A stretch of DNA of 64,000 nucleotides. It comes from an uncultured Alphaproteobacteria bacterium (GTDB lineage Bacteria; Pseudomonadota; Alphaproteobacteria; HIMB59; GCA-002718135). This document shows, piece by piece, positions 29,490-38,850 of the stretch; the stretch's first letter is position 1; every line of letters begins with the position of its first letter. The notes under the pieces were generated by a model. That model had not been told where the DNA came from and did not search any database. It was given only the letters and a program-made list of their open reading frames with translations. A program made the translations under genes and the position numbers. The DNA is taken from the NCBI GenBank assembly GCA_902623545.1, contig CACNUI010000005.1:12622-76621 (forward strand), written 5' to 3'.

Positions 29490-30962
29490 ATGTCTGAAAT
29501 TCAAACCTACAAATTTTATGCAGGAAATAGATGGCATGAACCTTCTTCTGAAAAATATTTTGAAAGTGAGGATCCATCTATAGGCAAAGTATGGGCAAAG
29601 GTCCCTGACTGTAATGAGAAAGATATTAATCTTGCAGTATCATCTGCTAAACATGCTTATTATGATGGTCCTTATGGTAAAATGCATCCAACAGAAAGAG
29701 GGAGAATATTAACTAGAATTGGAGATATTATTGCTAAAAATGCAGAACGCATTGGGCAAATAGAAACTAAAGACAACGGCAAACTTCCAAAAAATATCAC
29801 TCCTTCTTTAACCAGCTGGCAGACTGAGAGTTTTTACTATTATGCAGGCATGTGTGACAAGTATGAAGGTAGATTGATACCTTCAGAGATTCCAAATATG
29901 CATAATTATTTAAAATGGGAACCATTTGGAGTTGTTGCACTAATTCTTCCTTGGAACTCACCAATTGGAACATTAATCTGGAAATTAGCTCCGGCAATAG
30001 CAGCAGGCAATACAGTTGTAATTAAACCTTCAGAAAGAGCATCATGTTCTACATTAGAGTTAATGAAAATTTTAGAAGAAGCTGATCTTCCAGAAGGTTT
30101 AATTAATGTTGTTACTGGTTTTGGTCCTACCACTGGTGCACCTCTTATTGAACACCAAGATGTAAGAATGATAAGTTTTACAGGTGGAACAAAAGGGGGT
30201 AGTGCAGCTAGTTTAAGTGCATCCAAAAATGTTAAACCTATTATTATGGAGCTAGGAGGAAAATCACCACAAATTATATTTAAAGATGCTGATTTAACTT
30301 TATCAGTTAATGGAGTTGTTTCAGGAATTTTTCCCGTTTCAGGTCATAGCTGTATTTCAGGATCAAGAATTTTAGTACATAAAGATATAAAAGATCAATT
30401 TACTAATAATTTATTAGAGGTTGTTAAAAAGGCTAAAGTTGGTCATCCAAATGATACAGCAACGCAAATAGGACCTATAGCAAATAAAGAGCAATATGAC
30501 TTTATTTTATCTAAGATAGAAGCAGCTGAAAAAAGAGGTTTAAAATTATTAATTGATGGTAGAAAAGAACAAAAACCTGAAGGGTATTATATTGGACCAA
30601 CTATTTTTGATAATGTTCCAAATGAAGATGATTTAGCTCAAAATGAAGTATTTGGACCTGTAGCTTCAATACAGACCTGGGAGGATGAAGATCAAGTAAT
30701 TAAAATTGCAAACGATACTATTTATGGGCTTGCAGCAGGTATTTGGACTAAGGATACTAATAAAGCTATACGTTTAGCTGATAGGATAGAGGCTGGAACT
30801 GTTTATATAAATAATTATTTTAATGCTTCTACTCAATCTCCGGTTGGAGGTTTTAAGCAATCAGGATACGGTCGTGAAAATGGATGGGAGGGAATGCAAA
30901 GTTACATGCAGACTAAATCTACTTGGCTAGCTACCAATCCATTTCAACCAAACCCATTTTAA
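29490..30962 (+). CDS. Aldehyde dehydrogenase (betaine-aldehyde dehydrogenase-like by position after the GMC enzyme)
   Basis: 490 aa. LPWNSP, MELGGKSP, GHSCISGSR and NEVFGPV. Same strand as the GMC gene, 49 nt downstream. Confidence 0.8.
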   Translation: MSEIQTYKFYAGNRWHEPSSEKYFESEDPSIGKVWAKVPDCNEKDINLAVSSAKHAYYDGPYGKMHPTERGRILTRIGDIIAKNAERIGQIETKDNGKLPKNITPSLTSWQTESFYYYAGMCDKYEGRLIPSEIPNMHNYLKWEPFGVVALILPWNSPIGTLIWKLAPAIAAGNTVVIKPSERASCSTLELMKILEEADLPEGLINVVTGFGPTTGAPLIEHQDVRMISFTGGTKGGSAASLSASKNVKPIIMELGGKSPQIIFKDADLTLSVNGVVSGIFPVSGHSCISGSRILVHKDIKDQFTNNLLEVVKKAKVGHPNDTATQIGPIANKEQYDFILSKIEAAEKRGLKLLIDGRKEQKPEGYYIGPTIFDNVPNEDDLAQNEVFGPVASIQTWEDEDQVIKIANDTIYGLAAGIWTKDTNKAIRLADRIEAGTVYINNYFNASTQSPVGGFKQSGYGRENGWEGMQSYMQTKSTWLATNPFQPNPF

Positions 30963-30969
30963 GAAGTAA

Positions 30970-31761
30970 TTATTCTTTCCAGTTTGGTTCTCTTTTTTCT
31001 AAAAAAGCTTCAATACCTTCCTTGGAATCATCATGTAACATGTTCTCAGTCATTACCTTTGAAGTAAAAGTATATGCATCTTCTAAATTCATATCTTTTT
31101 GTTTGTAAAAAGCTTCTTTACCAATTTTAATAGTATTAGAAGATTTAGACGATATTTTTTTAGCAATTTGAAATACATTTTCTTTTAAACTATCTTCTTC
31201 AAAGACATCATTTATTAAACCAATCCTTAATGCTTTATTTGCATCTATAAGATCCCCAGTAAGAAGCATTTCCATTGCTTGCTTTCTACCTACAGTTCTT
31301 GATAATGGAACCATTGGTGTAGAACAAAATAATCCAATATTTACACCAGGAGTTGCATATTTTGATCTGCTACTTGAGTAAGCTAAATCACAGCTAGAAA
31401 TTAACTGACAGCCTGCTGCAGTGGCGATACCATCAACCATAGCTATAACTGGTTTATTATTTTTATTAATCTTCAGCATAAGTTCAGAGCACATTTGAAA
31501 TATTTTTTTAAAATAGCTTTCACCTTTGTCATTTCGCAATCTTTGTAAATTTAAATCTTTTAAATTATGTCCTGCACAAAAAATATTACCTTTTGATGAC
31601 AAAATAATTACTTTTACATCATTATCTTTATCAGCAATGTCTAGTGCAGATGTTAATTCATTGATCATGTCTTCGCTTAAAGTATTTTGGTTTTTCTGGT
31701 CATTAAGAATAATATTAAAAATATTATTATTTTTTTCGGTTAATATTAGATTGAAATTCAT
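30970..31761 (-). CDS. Enoyl-CoA hydratase/isomerase (crotonase) family, ECHDC3-like
   Basis: 263 aa. FCAGHNLKDL and VDGIATAAGCQL oxyanion-hole segments. Confidence 0.8.
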   Translation of the reverse strand: MNFNLILTEKNNNIFNIILNDQKNQNTLSEDMINELTSALDIADKDNDVKVIILSSKGNIFCAGHNLKDLNLQRLRNDKGESYFKKIFQMCSELMLKINKNNKPVIAMVDGIATAAGCQLISSCDLAYSSSRSKYATPGVNIGLFCSTPMVPLSRTVGRKQAMEMLLTGDLIDANKALRIGLINDVFEEDSLKENVFQIAKKISSKSSNTIKIGKEAFYKQKDMNLEDAYTFTSKVMTENMLHDDSKEGIEAFLEKREPNWKE

Positions 31762-32208
31762 TTAATTAATTTGAATTTCAACATCTTTGGATAGCGAATT
31801 AGCGATAAAACAATATTTATGTGATCTTTCTTTCATCTTTTTCATTTCTTCATCAGAAATAGTAAAATTATCTTCAAATATTATATCTGGATTTAGTTCT
31901 ATTTTATTTACGTACATTCTTCCTTCTGCATTTTTTCCTAAATACGAAATTGCTTTATCTTTATAATTAACAACGGGCCATTTCATTTTTGCGGCTAAAG
32001 CTAAAAATGTCATCATAAAACAACTACTTACAGCAGCAGCTAGTTTTTGTTCTGGATTAATATTAGTTTCACTTCCTCCATAGTCTGGAGATGATCCTGC
32101 ATCAATAGATACATTTTCATTAAGTATTACTATGTGATCAGTTAAGTATTTACCAAATTCAAGTTTTTTATCTCCTAATTCCCACTTTAATTCGATCGAA
32201 TGACTCAT
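31762..32208 (-). CDS. osmC: OsmC/Ohr-family peroxiredoxin-like protein
   Basis: I trimmed the listed ORF 31762..32256 to the ATG at 32208 (MSHSIELKW...). The longer form would overlap the upstream gene. AAAVSSCFMMTF and KYCFIANSL provide the two conserved Cys contexts. Confidence 0.75.
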   Translation of the reverse strand: MSHSIELKWELGDKKLEFGKYLTDHIVILNENVSIDAGSSPDYGGSETNINPEQKLAAAVSSCFMMTFLALAAKMKWPVVNYKDKAISYLGKNAEGRMYVNKIELNPDIIFEDNFTISDEEMKKMKERSHKYCFIANSLSKDVEIQIN

Positions 32209-32209
32209 T

Positions 32210-33331
32210 TTAAGAATAATTAAAAGGAAGAGAACACACTTTACCTTTTCTCTCAATATTGTCTGGCGTTAATACTATGACATCCTGCCCATCATTCCAA
32301 TAATCTCTATCAACCATTGATAGCCCAATATTAGTTTTTAAAAATGGTGAATAAATACCAGAGGTGATATTACCAATTTGAAATCTATTTTTTGAGTATA
32401 CAGGAAAAGGTATTGAGCATGAAGGAGTAGGCGACCCATCAAAAGTAATTCCTTTTATTTTTTTTTCTATTCCATTTTTTAATATTTTTTTTAGTGCATT
32501 CTTTCCAATGAATTCATGAGATAAATTGCTACAATAATTATTAAATCCACATTCAAGTGGATTATTTTCTAAAGTAAATTCATTACCATAGGATAGTAAA
32601 CCACCTTCTATTCTATCAATTAAATTTGGACATCCAGGTGAAATATTAAAATCTTTTCCTGCTTCCCAAATAGTTTCCCAAAGTTTTTTTCCTAAACTAA
32701 AACCTTTAAGATAAATCTCAAAACCATCTTGTTTGCTATACCCTGATCTTGCAATTATCTGCTTTGTTCCTTCAAATTCAAAAAAAGAAAAATGAAAGAA
32801 TTTTAATTTTTTTATTTTTTCGCCAAATATTGAAGACATTAATTCTTCAGATTTCGGACCTTGAATTGCTAGGGGATAAACATCTGGTTCAATAATATCA
32901 ACTTTAAAATTTCTCCCTACTGCCAATCCTTTTGCCCAAAGAAGAACATCTGAATCTGCAACTGATAGCCAATATTTATTTTCACTTAATCTTAAAAGAA
33001 CAGGATCATTTATCATTCCTGCATTTTCATCAATCATTGGATAATAGTAACACTTACCAATAGGCATATTTTTTATCGACCTTGGAGACATGAGTTGTAT
33101 TAATTTTGTAGCATCTTCTCCTATTATTTGAACCTGTCGTTGACATGAAACATCCCAAATTTGAGTATTTTTAGATAAGTGCCAATAATCTTCTTCTACT
33201 GTTGCTTTATATGATTTTGGAAGAAGCATATGATTAACTACAGTAAAACCACTTACACCAGCCTCAATTACTTTCTCGGTATAGGGAGTCCTTCTAATAC
33301 GTCTAGACATGTTTAATCCTGAATTACTCAT
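32210..33331 (-). CDS. dmdA: GcvT-family tetrahydrofolate-dependent demethylase, DMSP demethylase (DmdA)-like
   Basis: About 373 aa from the ATG at 33331. ATGs at 33361 and 33310 are alternatives. SRRIRRTPYT...VVNHMLLP...EDYWHL...IWDVSCQRQV...ARSGYSKQDGFEIY...IEGGLLSYGNE resembles my recollection of Pelagibacter DmdA. Confidence 0.6.
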   Translation of the reverse strand: MSNSGLNMSRRIRRTPYTEKVIEAGVSGFTVVNHMLLPKSYKATVEEDYWHLSKNTQIWDVSCQRQVQIIGEDATKLIQLMSPRSIKNMPIGKCYYYPMIDENAGMINDPVLLRLSENKYWLSVADSDVLLWAKGLAVGRNFKVDIIEPDVYPLAIQGPKSEELMSSIFGEKIKKLKFFHFSFFEFEGTKQIIARSGYSKQDGFEIYLKGFSLGKKLWETIWEAGKDFNISPGCPNLIDRIEGGLLSYGNEFTLENNPLECGFNNYCSNLSHEFIGKNALKKILKNGIEKKIKGITFDGSPTPSCSIPFPVYSKNRFQIGNITSGIYSPFLKTNIGLSMVDRDYWNDGQDVIVLTPDNIERKGKVCSLPFNYS

Positions 33332-33332
33332 T

Positions 33333-33668
33333 TTATTTAGACCACCATATTGAGTATCCATTCGGAGAAATAATCAAAGGTATGTGGTATTTTTTGAGAG
33401 GATCTTTCATTTTAAATTTAACACTTATTGAATTAATTATTTCACTAGTATTTCTAAAATATTTACCAGAATTAATTATCATTTCATAATCACTTTCACA
33501 ATCCTCTTTCGTTAATTCAAGTTCTTTAAGCATTCTTCCAGAACCATCTGTTTTATCTTCTAGAAATATAACCTTGTTATTACTATTTACTTTATAAATA
33601 ACAATTTCTACATCACTTGCATGCGTACCATCGATTGCGTTTAATAAATGTGTAGAAAAAATTGCCAT
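33333..33668 (-). CDS. Transthyretin-fold protein (5-hydroxyisourate hydrolase family) with a non-canonical C-terminus
   Basis: 111 aa. N-terminal STHLLN, GSGRM and YHIPLIISPNGYS match the HIUase His/Arg/His positions, but the protein ends IWWSK instead of YRGS. Confidence 0.65.
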   Translation of the reverse strand: MAIFSTHLLNAIDGTHASDVEIVIYKVNSNNKVIFLEDKTDGSGRMLKELELTKEDCESDYEMIINSGKYFRNTSEIINSISVKFKMKDPLKKYHIPLIISPNGYSIWWSK

Positions 33669-33671
33669 AAT

Positions 33672-35414
33672 TTACTCTATTGATGCTTTATCTCTTTTAT
33701 CACTAACTGCAGCAACTATTGGACTAATAACACCTTTAGCCTTAACATTAACACATGCAGTTTTACCACTTTCTAATGCTCTTTTTAAAGCAGGACCTAA
33801 ATCTTCTCTTTTAGTCACTAATTCTCCATATCCCCCAAAACCTTCAAAAATTGAATGAAATGGAATATCTCTAAAATCAGTTGCAAAGTGTTTCCCACTT
33901 TCAAATAACCTTTCTTGTTGTTGAGAAATACAGTCAAGACCTCCGTTGTTATCTATAACTACAACAATGGGTCTTTTTTCTTGGAATGCAGCCTCAATTG
34001 ATAATCCTCCAGATAAAAATGCACCATCTCCACTTATTAAAACTACATTAGATTTAGGATTAAGATTTTTTGCTGATACTGCAAAAGGAACTCCAACACC
34101 TAACATACTAAATGTTCCAGGATGTAATATTCCCCCAAGTTTTTTTCCTTTTGATCCAGCAATATTAATTGCAATCTCAGACCAGAAATGTGTGTTACCG
34201 CCATCAATAACTAACCAGTCATTTTCAGTTAATACTTCTTGAACATCTAAAGCTAACTGAAGAGGATGAATTTTTCCACCACTTTTTTTGGTCTCTTCAG
34301 TTTCTTTATATAAGTCATCTAATGTTTTATTGATCCAATTTTTTTTCTCTGTTTTATTCTTTTCAAACCATTCATTGTTTAATTTCCATTTACTGTTTTT
34401 CTTTAACTCTGTGAGTTTATCCAAAAAAACTCCAGGATCACAAAGTAAGTTAATATCTGCAGCTCTATTTAATTCTATTTCTTCATGTGATCCATTAATA
34501 CAAACAAGTTTAGTACTTTTTGGAAAAAGTGGAGGATTACCAAAATTCATTTGATTATCAAGACGTGCACCAATCATAAGAACCAAATCTGATTCACTGA
34601 GAGCCATTTTTGATGGAGGATATTGATGTATATCTGCCAGACCCATGTATGTATCTGCTTCTTCGCCTAAAAGCTTTTGATGGTATGGTATATTAAATAT
34701 TGGAATATTTAATTCAAAACCAGCTTGCTCTAATTTTTTTTCTGCATTAGACCACCAAACACCATGCCCTCCAATAAAAACAGGTTTTTGTGCACTAATT
34801 GCCAGATCAAATATTTCATTTAAATTCTCAGGATCTGGCCAAGCTTTTGCTAAAGGTTTTTTTTGATGAGTAAACGGTCTTTCTTCTAAACCTGCATCAT
34901 CTGCAAATGATGAAAACATTATATCTACTGGTACACTTAAATGTACTGCACCAGGATAACCATTTGTTGCAATTCTATATGCTTTATCTACGAACTCTCT
35001 TATTCTGTTGCCATCTGTTATACTTGCACTGTATTTTGTTAACGGTGCTGCAATAGATACATCATCTATTTCCTTAAAACCGCCTGCTCCTTGTCTTTTT
35101 AAGCTACTTGATCCAGTTATAAAAATAACAGGTGATCTTTCACCCCATGCTTCCATCATTGAGGGTACTGCATTTGCAAAACCCTCTGGCCCGACTATAC
35201 AAACGGATGGTTTTCTTGATATTCTAGTATGACCATCAGCTAAATGACCAGCAATTTGTTCATGAGGACAATTAATTACATTAATTTGACACTCCATAAA
35301 TCCTTCAAGTGCTGGATTACAAAAACCTCCAGAAAGTGTAAAGACATTATCAATACCTTTATCCTTGAGAGCTCTTGCAACTAATGCCCCACCTCTAATC
35401 TTTTTATCTCCCAT
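33672..35414 (-). CDS. Thiamine-diphosphate-dependent enzyme (acetolactate synthase / oxalyl-CoA decarboxylase / 2-hydroxyacyl-CoA lyase superfamily)
   Basis: 580 aa. PHEQIAGHLADGHTR (catalytic Glu), ITGSSS...FKEIDD and the GDGAF...NNGG ThDP-binding motif. Confidence 0.8.
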   Translation of the reverse strand: MGDKKIRGGALVARALKDKGIDNVFTLSGGFCNPALEGFMECQINVINCPHEQIAGHLADGHTRISRKPSVCIVGPEGFANAVPSMMEAWGERSPVIFITGSSSLKRQGAGGFKEIDDVSIAAPLTKYSASITDGNRIREFVDKAYRIATNGYPGAVHLSVPVDIMFSSFADDAGLEERPFTHQKKPLAKAWPDPENLNEIFDLAISAQKPVFIGGHGVWWSNAEKKLEQAGFELNIPIFNIPYHQKLLGEEADTYMGLADIHQYPPSKMALSESDLVLMIGARLDNQMNFGNPPLFPKSTKLVCINGSHEEIELNRAADINLLCDPGVFLDKLTELKKNSKWKLNNEWFEKNKTEKKNWINKTLDDLYKETEETKKSGGKIHPLQLALDVQEVLTENDWLVIDGGNTHFWSEIAINIAGSKGKKLGGILHPGTFSMLGVGVPFAVSAKNLNPKSNVVLISGDGAFLSGGLSIEAAFQEKRPIVVVIDNNGGLDCISQQQERLFESGKHFATDFRDIPFHSIFEGFGGYGELVTKREDLGPALKRALESGKTACVNVKAKGVISPIVAAVSDKRDKASIE

Positions 35415-35415
35415 C

Positions 35416-36579
35416 TTAATACTTTATATCCTTAAAAATTTTCTCTGCTATAATTTTTTTATCAACTTCATTTATATCGGTTAATCCTACTAAGCCAAGA
35501 TTTGTACTTAACTCCTCTTTAATTAAGTTGATAATTCTTCGAAGACCTCTTGCACCATCCGCACCAATGGCGTACATTAAAGGTCTGCCAAACATAACAA
35601 AATCAGCTCCTAAAGCTAATGCACGTAAAATATCACTACCACTTCTAATACCACTATCAAAAAGTATTGGAAAATCATCTCCTAAAGCTTTTCGAATTAA
35701 TGGTAAGGCATTAATAGAAGCAGTAGCACTGTCTAATTGCCTTCCTCCATGATTAGATACTTGAATTGCATCAGCACCAGCCTCTTTAATTTTTAAGGCA
35801 TCTTCAGAATTCATTACTCCTTTAATTATTAATTTTCCCTTCCATACATTTCGAATTCTTTTTAGAGTATTCCAATCAGTTGATCCTCTACTTTCTTTTC
35901 GTCTAAAAACTTGATCACCGCTTTTAGAAGTAACGTAATTCATTGGTTGCGGAGCTCCTTTTAATAAAGTCGTTAAACTCCATTGAGGATGTAGTGCAAA
36001 ATCTAAAAATTGTTTTGGACCTATTTTAAATGGATAGCCAAAACCATTTCTGTCATCTCTTGCTCTCCTTGAAAGAATAGGTACATCAACAGTAAGAATT
36101 AAAACTTTGTATCCAATATTTTCTGCTCTTTTTAATAATTCCATAATAAATTCTTCACTTTGAAAAATATATATTTGCATCCACGAATGACCTTCTGAAA
36201 AAGTAAACATATCTTCAAGTGTTGTACTAGATGCCATTGAAACACATGTTGGAACATTATTATAAACACTCTCTTTTGCTATCATTTTATCTGCTTCAGG
36301 CCATGAAAGATTTGTCATTCCCATTGGAGCAAACCCAAATGGATAATCAAATTGAAAATCAAATATTTTTTTACTTAAATTTCTATTCTCAACATTTCTG
36401 AAAACCTTAGGCTCAAGTCTAATTTGATCTAATGCTGTACTATTAATTTCAGCAAGTTTATCATCTCCTGATGCCCCATCAATAAAATCAAAGACTAGTT
36501 TTGGTAATCTTTTTTTAGATAACCTTATAGCATCATCTATAGTATGGATCTTAGTACTAGGTTTAATGACATCATTCAT
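35416..36579 (-). CDS. FMN-dependent alpha-hydroxy acid oxidase/dehydrogenase (LldD / glycolate oxidase / lactate monooxygenase family)
   Basis: 387 aa. LTVDVPILSRRARD, SNHGGRQLD and FDSGIRSGSD motifs. Confidence 0.85.
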   Translation of the reverse strand: MNDVIKPSTKIHTIDDAIRLSKKRLPKLVFDFIDGASGDDKLAEINSTALDQIRLEPKVFRNVENRNLSKKIFDFQFDYPFGFAPMGMTNLSWPEADKMIAKESVYNNVPTCVSMASSTTLEDMFTFSEGHSWMQIYIFQSEEFIMELLKRAENIGYKVLILTVDVPILSRRARDDRNGFGYPFKIGPKQFLDFALHPQWSLTTLLKGAPQPMNYVTSKSGDQVFRRKESRGSTDWNTLKRIRNVWKGKLIIKGVMNSEDALKIKEAGADAIQVSNHGGRQLDSATASINALPLIRKALGDDFPILFDSGIRSGSDILRALALGADFVMFGRPLMYAIGADGARGLRRIINLIKEELSTNLGLVGLTDINEVDKKIIAEKIFKDIKY

Positions 36580-36627
36580 TTTAGTATTTGTATTCTAATA
36601 TAATTTATAATTCTATTACAAAATATA

Positions 36628-37857
36628 CTAGTTTTTTGACGTACCCTTCCAAGGTATTGGGCTAGATGGAATATCTGTTTTTATACCTCTTTGTATTTCA
36701 CCTTTCTCATCATACATTGGTAAAGTACAGATTTCACCTTTTTGCAGGCTACCATCATCACATCTAACATCTATTATTGTGCCTGGTCCAAATTCTGCAT
36801 GATACATATGAACTATAGCAACACCACAAACTTGAAATGGCGACCATGTGCTTGAAGTTACAATACCCACTTTTTTATTATTAATAGAGATTTCAGAGTC
36901 AACTAATGCAAAACTATTTTCCACTCTCATTCCCCAAGTTAAACAATCCTTACTAGCGTTGAGTAAATATTCTCTACCAATGAAATCACCTTTATTAAAA
37001 TCTATAAATTTTCCTAACCCAACTGCAAATGGAGATCTATCTTTTGTAAAATCTCTACCTGCAGATAAAAGACCTGCCTCTATTCTTCTACATCTAAATC
37101 CAGGTGAAGCTGTAAGGATCATTCCCATATCTTCACCCTTACTGAGTATTAAGTCCCCAATTTTTTTTGAGTCATTTTGTGGTCTTAAATAAATTTCCCA
37201 ACCTAGTTCATTGGTAAACCCTGTTCTGCTTATAATTACTTTTTCTGAAGCAATTGAAGTTTCAATCCAATCAAAATAATTAAAACTATCTTTTATTGGT
37301 TGATCAACGAGTGTTTCTAAGAGCTTAAGAGATTTTGGACCTTGAACTTGGCTTACCCATACATTTGGATCTTTTATTTCGACATTTAAGTTTTTTGAAT
37401 GAGCTTTGTACCAACTATATAAATGCCCATCACCTTGAGCAAACCAAAATTTGTTTTTTTCTAATCTTAATAATAATCCATCTGAAATCATTCCTCCATC
37501 ATGATAGCAAGCAAATTGATAAGAACATCTTCCAATTTTAACTTTTGAAATATCTCTAGGAAAAATTTGTTGAAGTAAATTTTCAGCATCTAAACCAGAT
37601 ATTTCGTATGGATGCTCACCTGTATGACGTAAAATTATTTCTTGTCTAGCCTTCCAATACATTTCATCTGCTGTAGCATGAGATAGTTTTTCGAGTGTAA
37701 ATCGACCATCAGCATAATTAGTATATTCAGGACTAAATGGTAATTCTTGATAAGTTAGTGGATGTATTTTCATTGGTCTTGCTAAATCAAGCGATCTACC
37801 AATCTCCTTAACAACAGGCTTAACAACAAATCTGTAATTTTTAACTGAGTCTTCCAT
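36628..37857 (-). CDS. GcvT-family aminomethyltransferase-fold protein (stand-alone demethylase, substrate unknown)
   Basis: 409 aa. GRCSYQFACYHDGGMISDGLLLRL, SRTGFTNELGWEIY and RIEAGLLSAGRDF follow the GcvT fold pattern. The N-terminus differs from the DmdA-like paralogue. Confidence 0.7.
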   Translation of the reverse strand: MEDSVKNYRFVVKPVVKEIGRSLDLARPMKIHPLTYQELPFSPEYTNYADGRFTLEKLSHATADEMYWKARQEIILRHTGEHPYEISGLDAENLLQQIFPRDISKVKIGRCSYQFACYHDGGMISDGLLLRLEKNKFWFAQGDGHLYSWYKAHSKNLNVEIKDPNVWVSQVQGPKSLKLLETLVDQPIKDSFNYFDWIETSIASEKVIISRTGFTNELGWEIYLRPQNDSKKIGDLILSKGEDMGMILTASPGFRCRRIEAGLLSAGRDFTKDRSPFAVGLGKFIDFNKGDFIGREYLLNASKDCLTWGMRVENSFALVDSEISINNKKVGIVTSSTWSPFQVCGVAIVHMYHAEFGPGTIIDVRCDDGSLQKGEICTLPMYDEKGEIQRGIKTDIPSSPIPWKGTSKN

Positions 37858-37902
37858 AAATAAATAGTATTTTATGTAACATAAATAAAAGAAAAAAAAC
37901 TT

Positions 37903-38826
37903 TTAAAATAATTTGCTTAAAGCTTCAATATGTCGTGGTTTAACTTCACAACATCCACCAATTAAAGTAGCTCCTTCTTTTATAGAATTAGATACAAAGT
38001 TTTTATATTCTTTTAATCCATATTCTTGATCTCTTGTTCCAAGTAATTCTACTGGATCTTCATACTCAGCTTGTCCTTCAAAACCCTCCGTATTGAATGT
38101 TTTTTGATCACTAGTTGGTAATCTTTTAAATAAGTTCATTTTATATCCAAACGGGAGTTTTTGTTTTTTGAGAATTGGAATACTCAACTCAACAATTTCG
38201 GGAGATACACAAGCAGAGATTATACCACAACAATTATACTGATTAATAATTTTAAAAAGATCTTCAAGTGCTTCTCCTGAAGGTAATTTACCATCAAAAC
38301 GTAAATGAGCGCCAACTAGTATTTGTTTATTAAACTCTTTAGATGCTTCTAAAGCGATTTGTATTTCCTTAATAGAACTTAAAACATCTAAATAAAATAT
38401 ATCAACGTAGTCATTTAATATTTTTGCAACCTCAAAGAAATATTTAAACATAGTTTCTTCTGTCTCAAATTGCATAGGAGAATAAGTATTACTCTGATTG
38501 GGCAAAGAACCCGCAACTATAGTTTTCTTATTACTTTCTAATTTTGCCTTCTGCGCAATCTCACCTGCAGATCTAATTCCAAATTCTAATGAGTCTAATA
38601 AATTATATCTTTTTAATAACCGTCTTCTAACACTAAAATTTGCTGTAACAATTAGTTCAGATCCTGCATTAATAAAATCTTTGTGCATTTTTAGTACCAT
38701 ATGATGTAAATTTTTATCTATAAGCGCTTTTGCAGACCATAAATCACCATAAGTATCTAAACCCATTTCCATTAAAGTTTGGCCAGAACCACCATCAAAT
38801 AGGTATTTGTTATTATTTAAAAACAT
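37903..38826 (-). CDS. Homocysteine S-methyltransferase domain protein (betaine- or S-methylmethionine-homocysteine methyltransferase candidate)
   Basis: I trimmed the listed ORF to the ATG at 38826 (MFLNNNKYLFDGGSGQTL) because a GC-rich hairpin occupies the longer 5-prime extension. GGCCEVKPRHIEAL is the zinc-binding CC motif. Confidence 0.75.
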   Translation of the reverse strand: MFLNNNKYLFDGGSGQTLMEMGLDTYGDLWSAKALIDKNLHHMVLKMHKDFINAGSELIVTANFSVRRRLLKRYNLLDSLEFGIRSAGEIAQKAKLESNKKTIVAGSLPNQSNTYSPMQFETEETMFKYFFEVAKILNDYVDIFYLDVLSSIKEIQIALEASKEFNKQILVGAHLRFDGKLPSGEALEDLFKIINQYNCCGIISACVSPEIVELSIPILKKQKLPFGYKMNLFKRLPTSDQKTFNTEGFEGQAEYEDPVELLGTRDQEYGLKEYKNFVSNSIKEGATLIGGCCEVKPRHIEALSKLF

Positions 38827-38850
38827 TATTGAAAATTTAAGAGAAAATAT

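Noticed and set aside
30923-31108. A 61-aa plus-strand ORF bridging the convergent ALDH / crotonase junction.
   Set aside because: It starts inside the ALDH gene out of frame and runs antisense through the crotonase C-terminus. It has no motifs.
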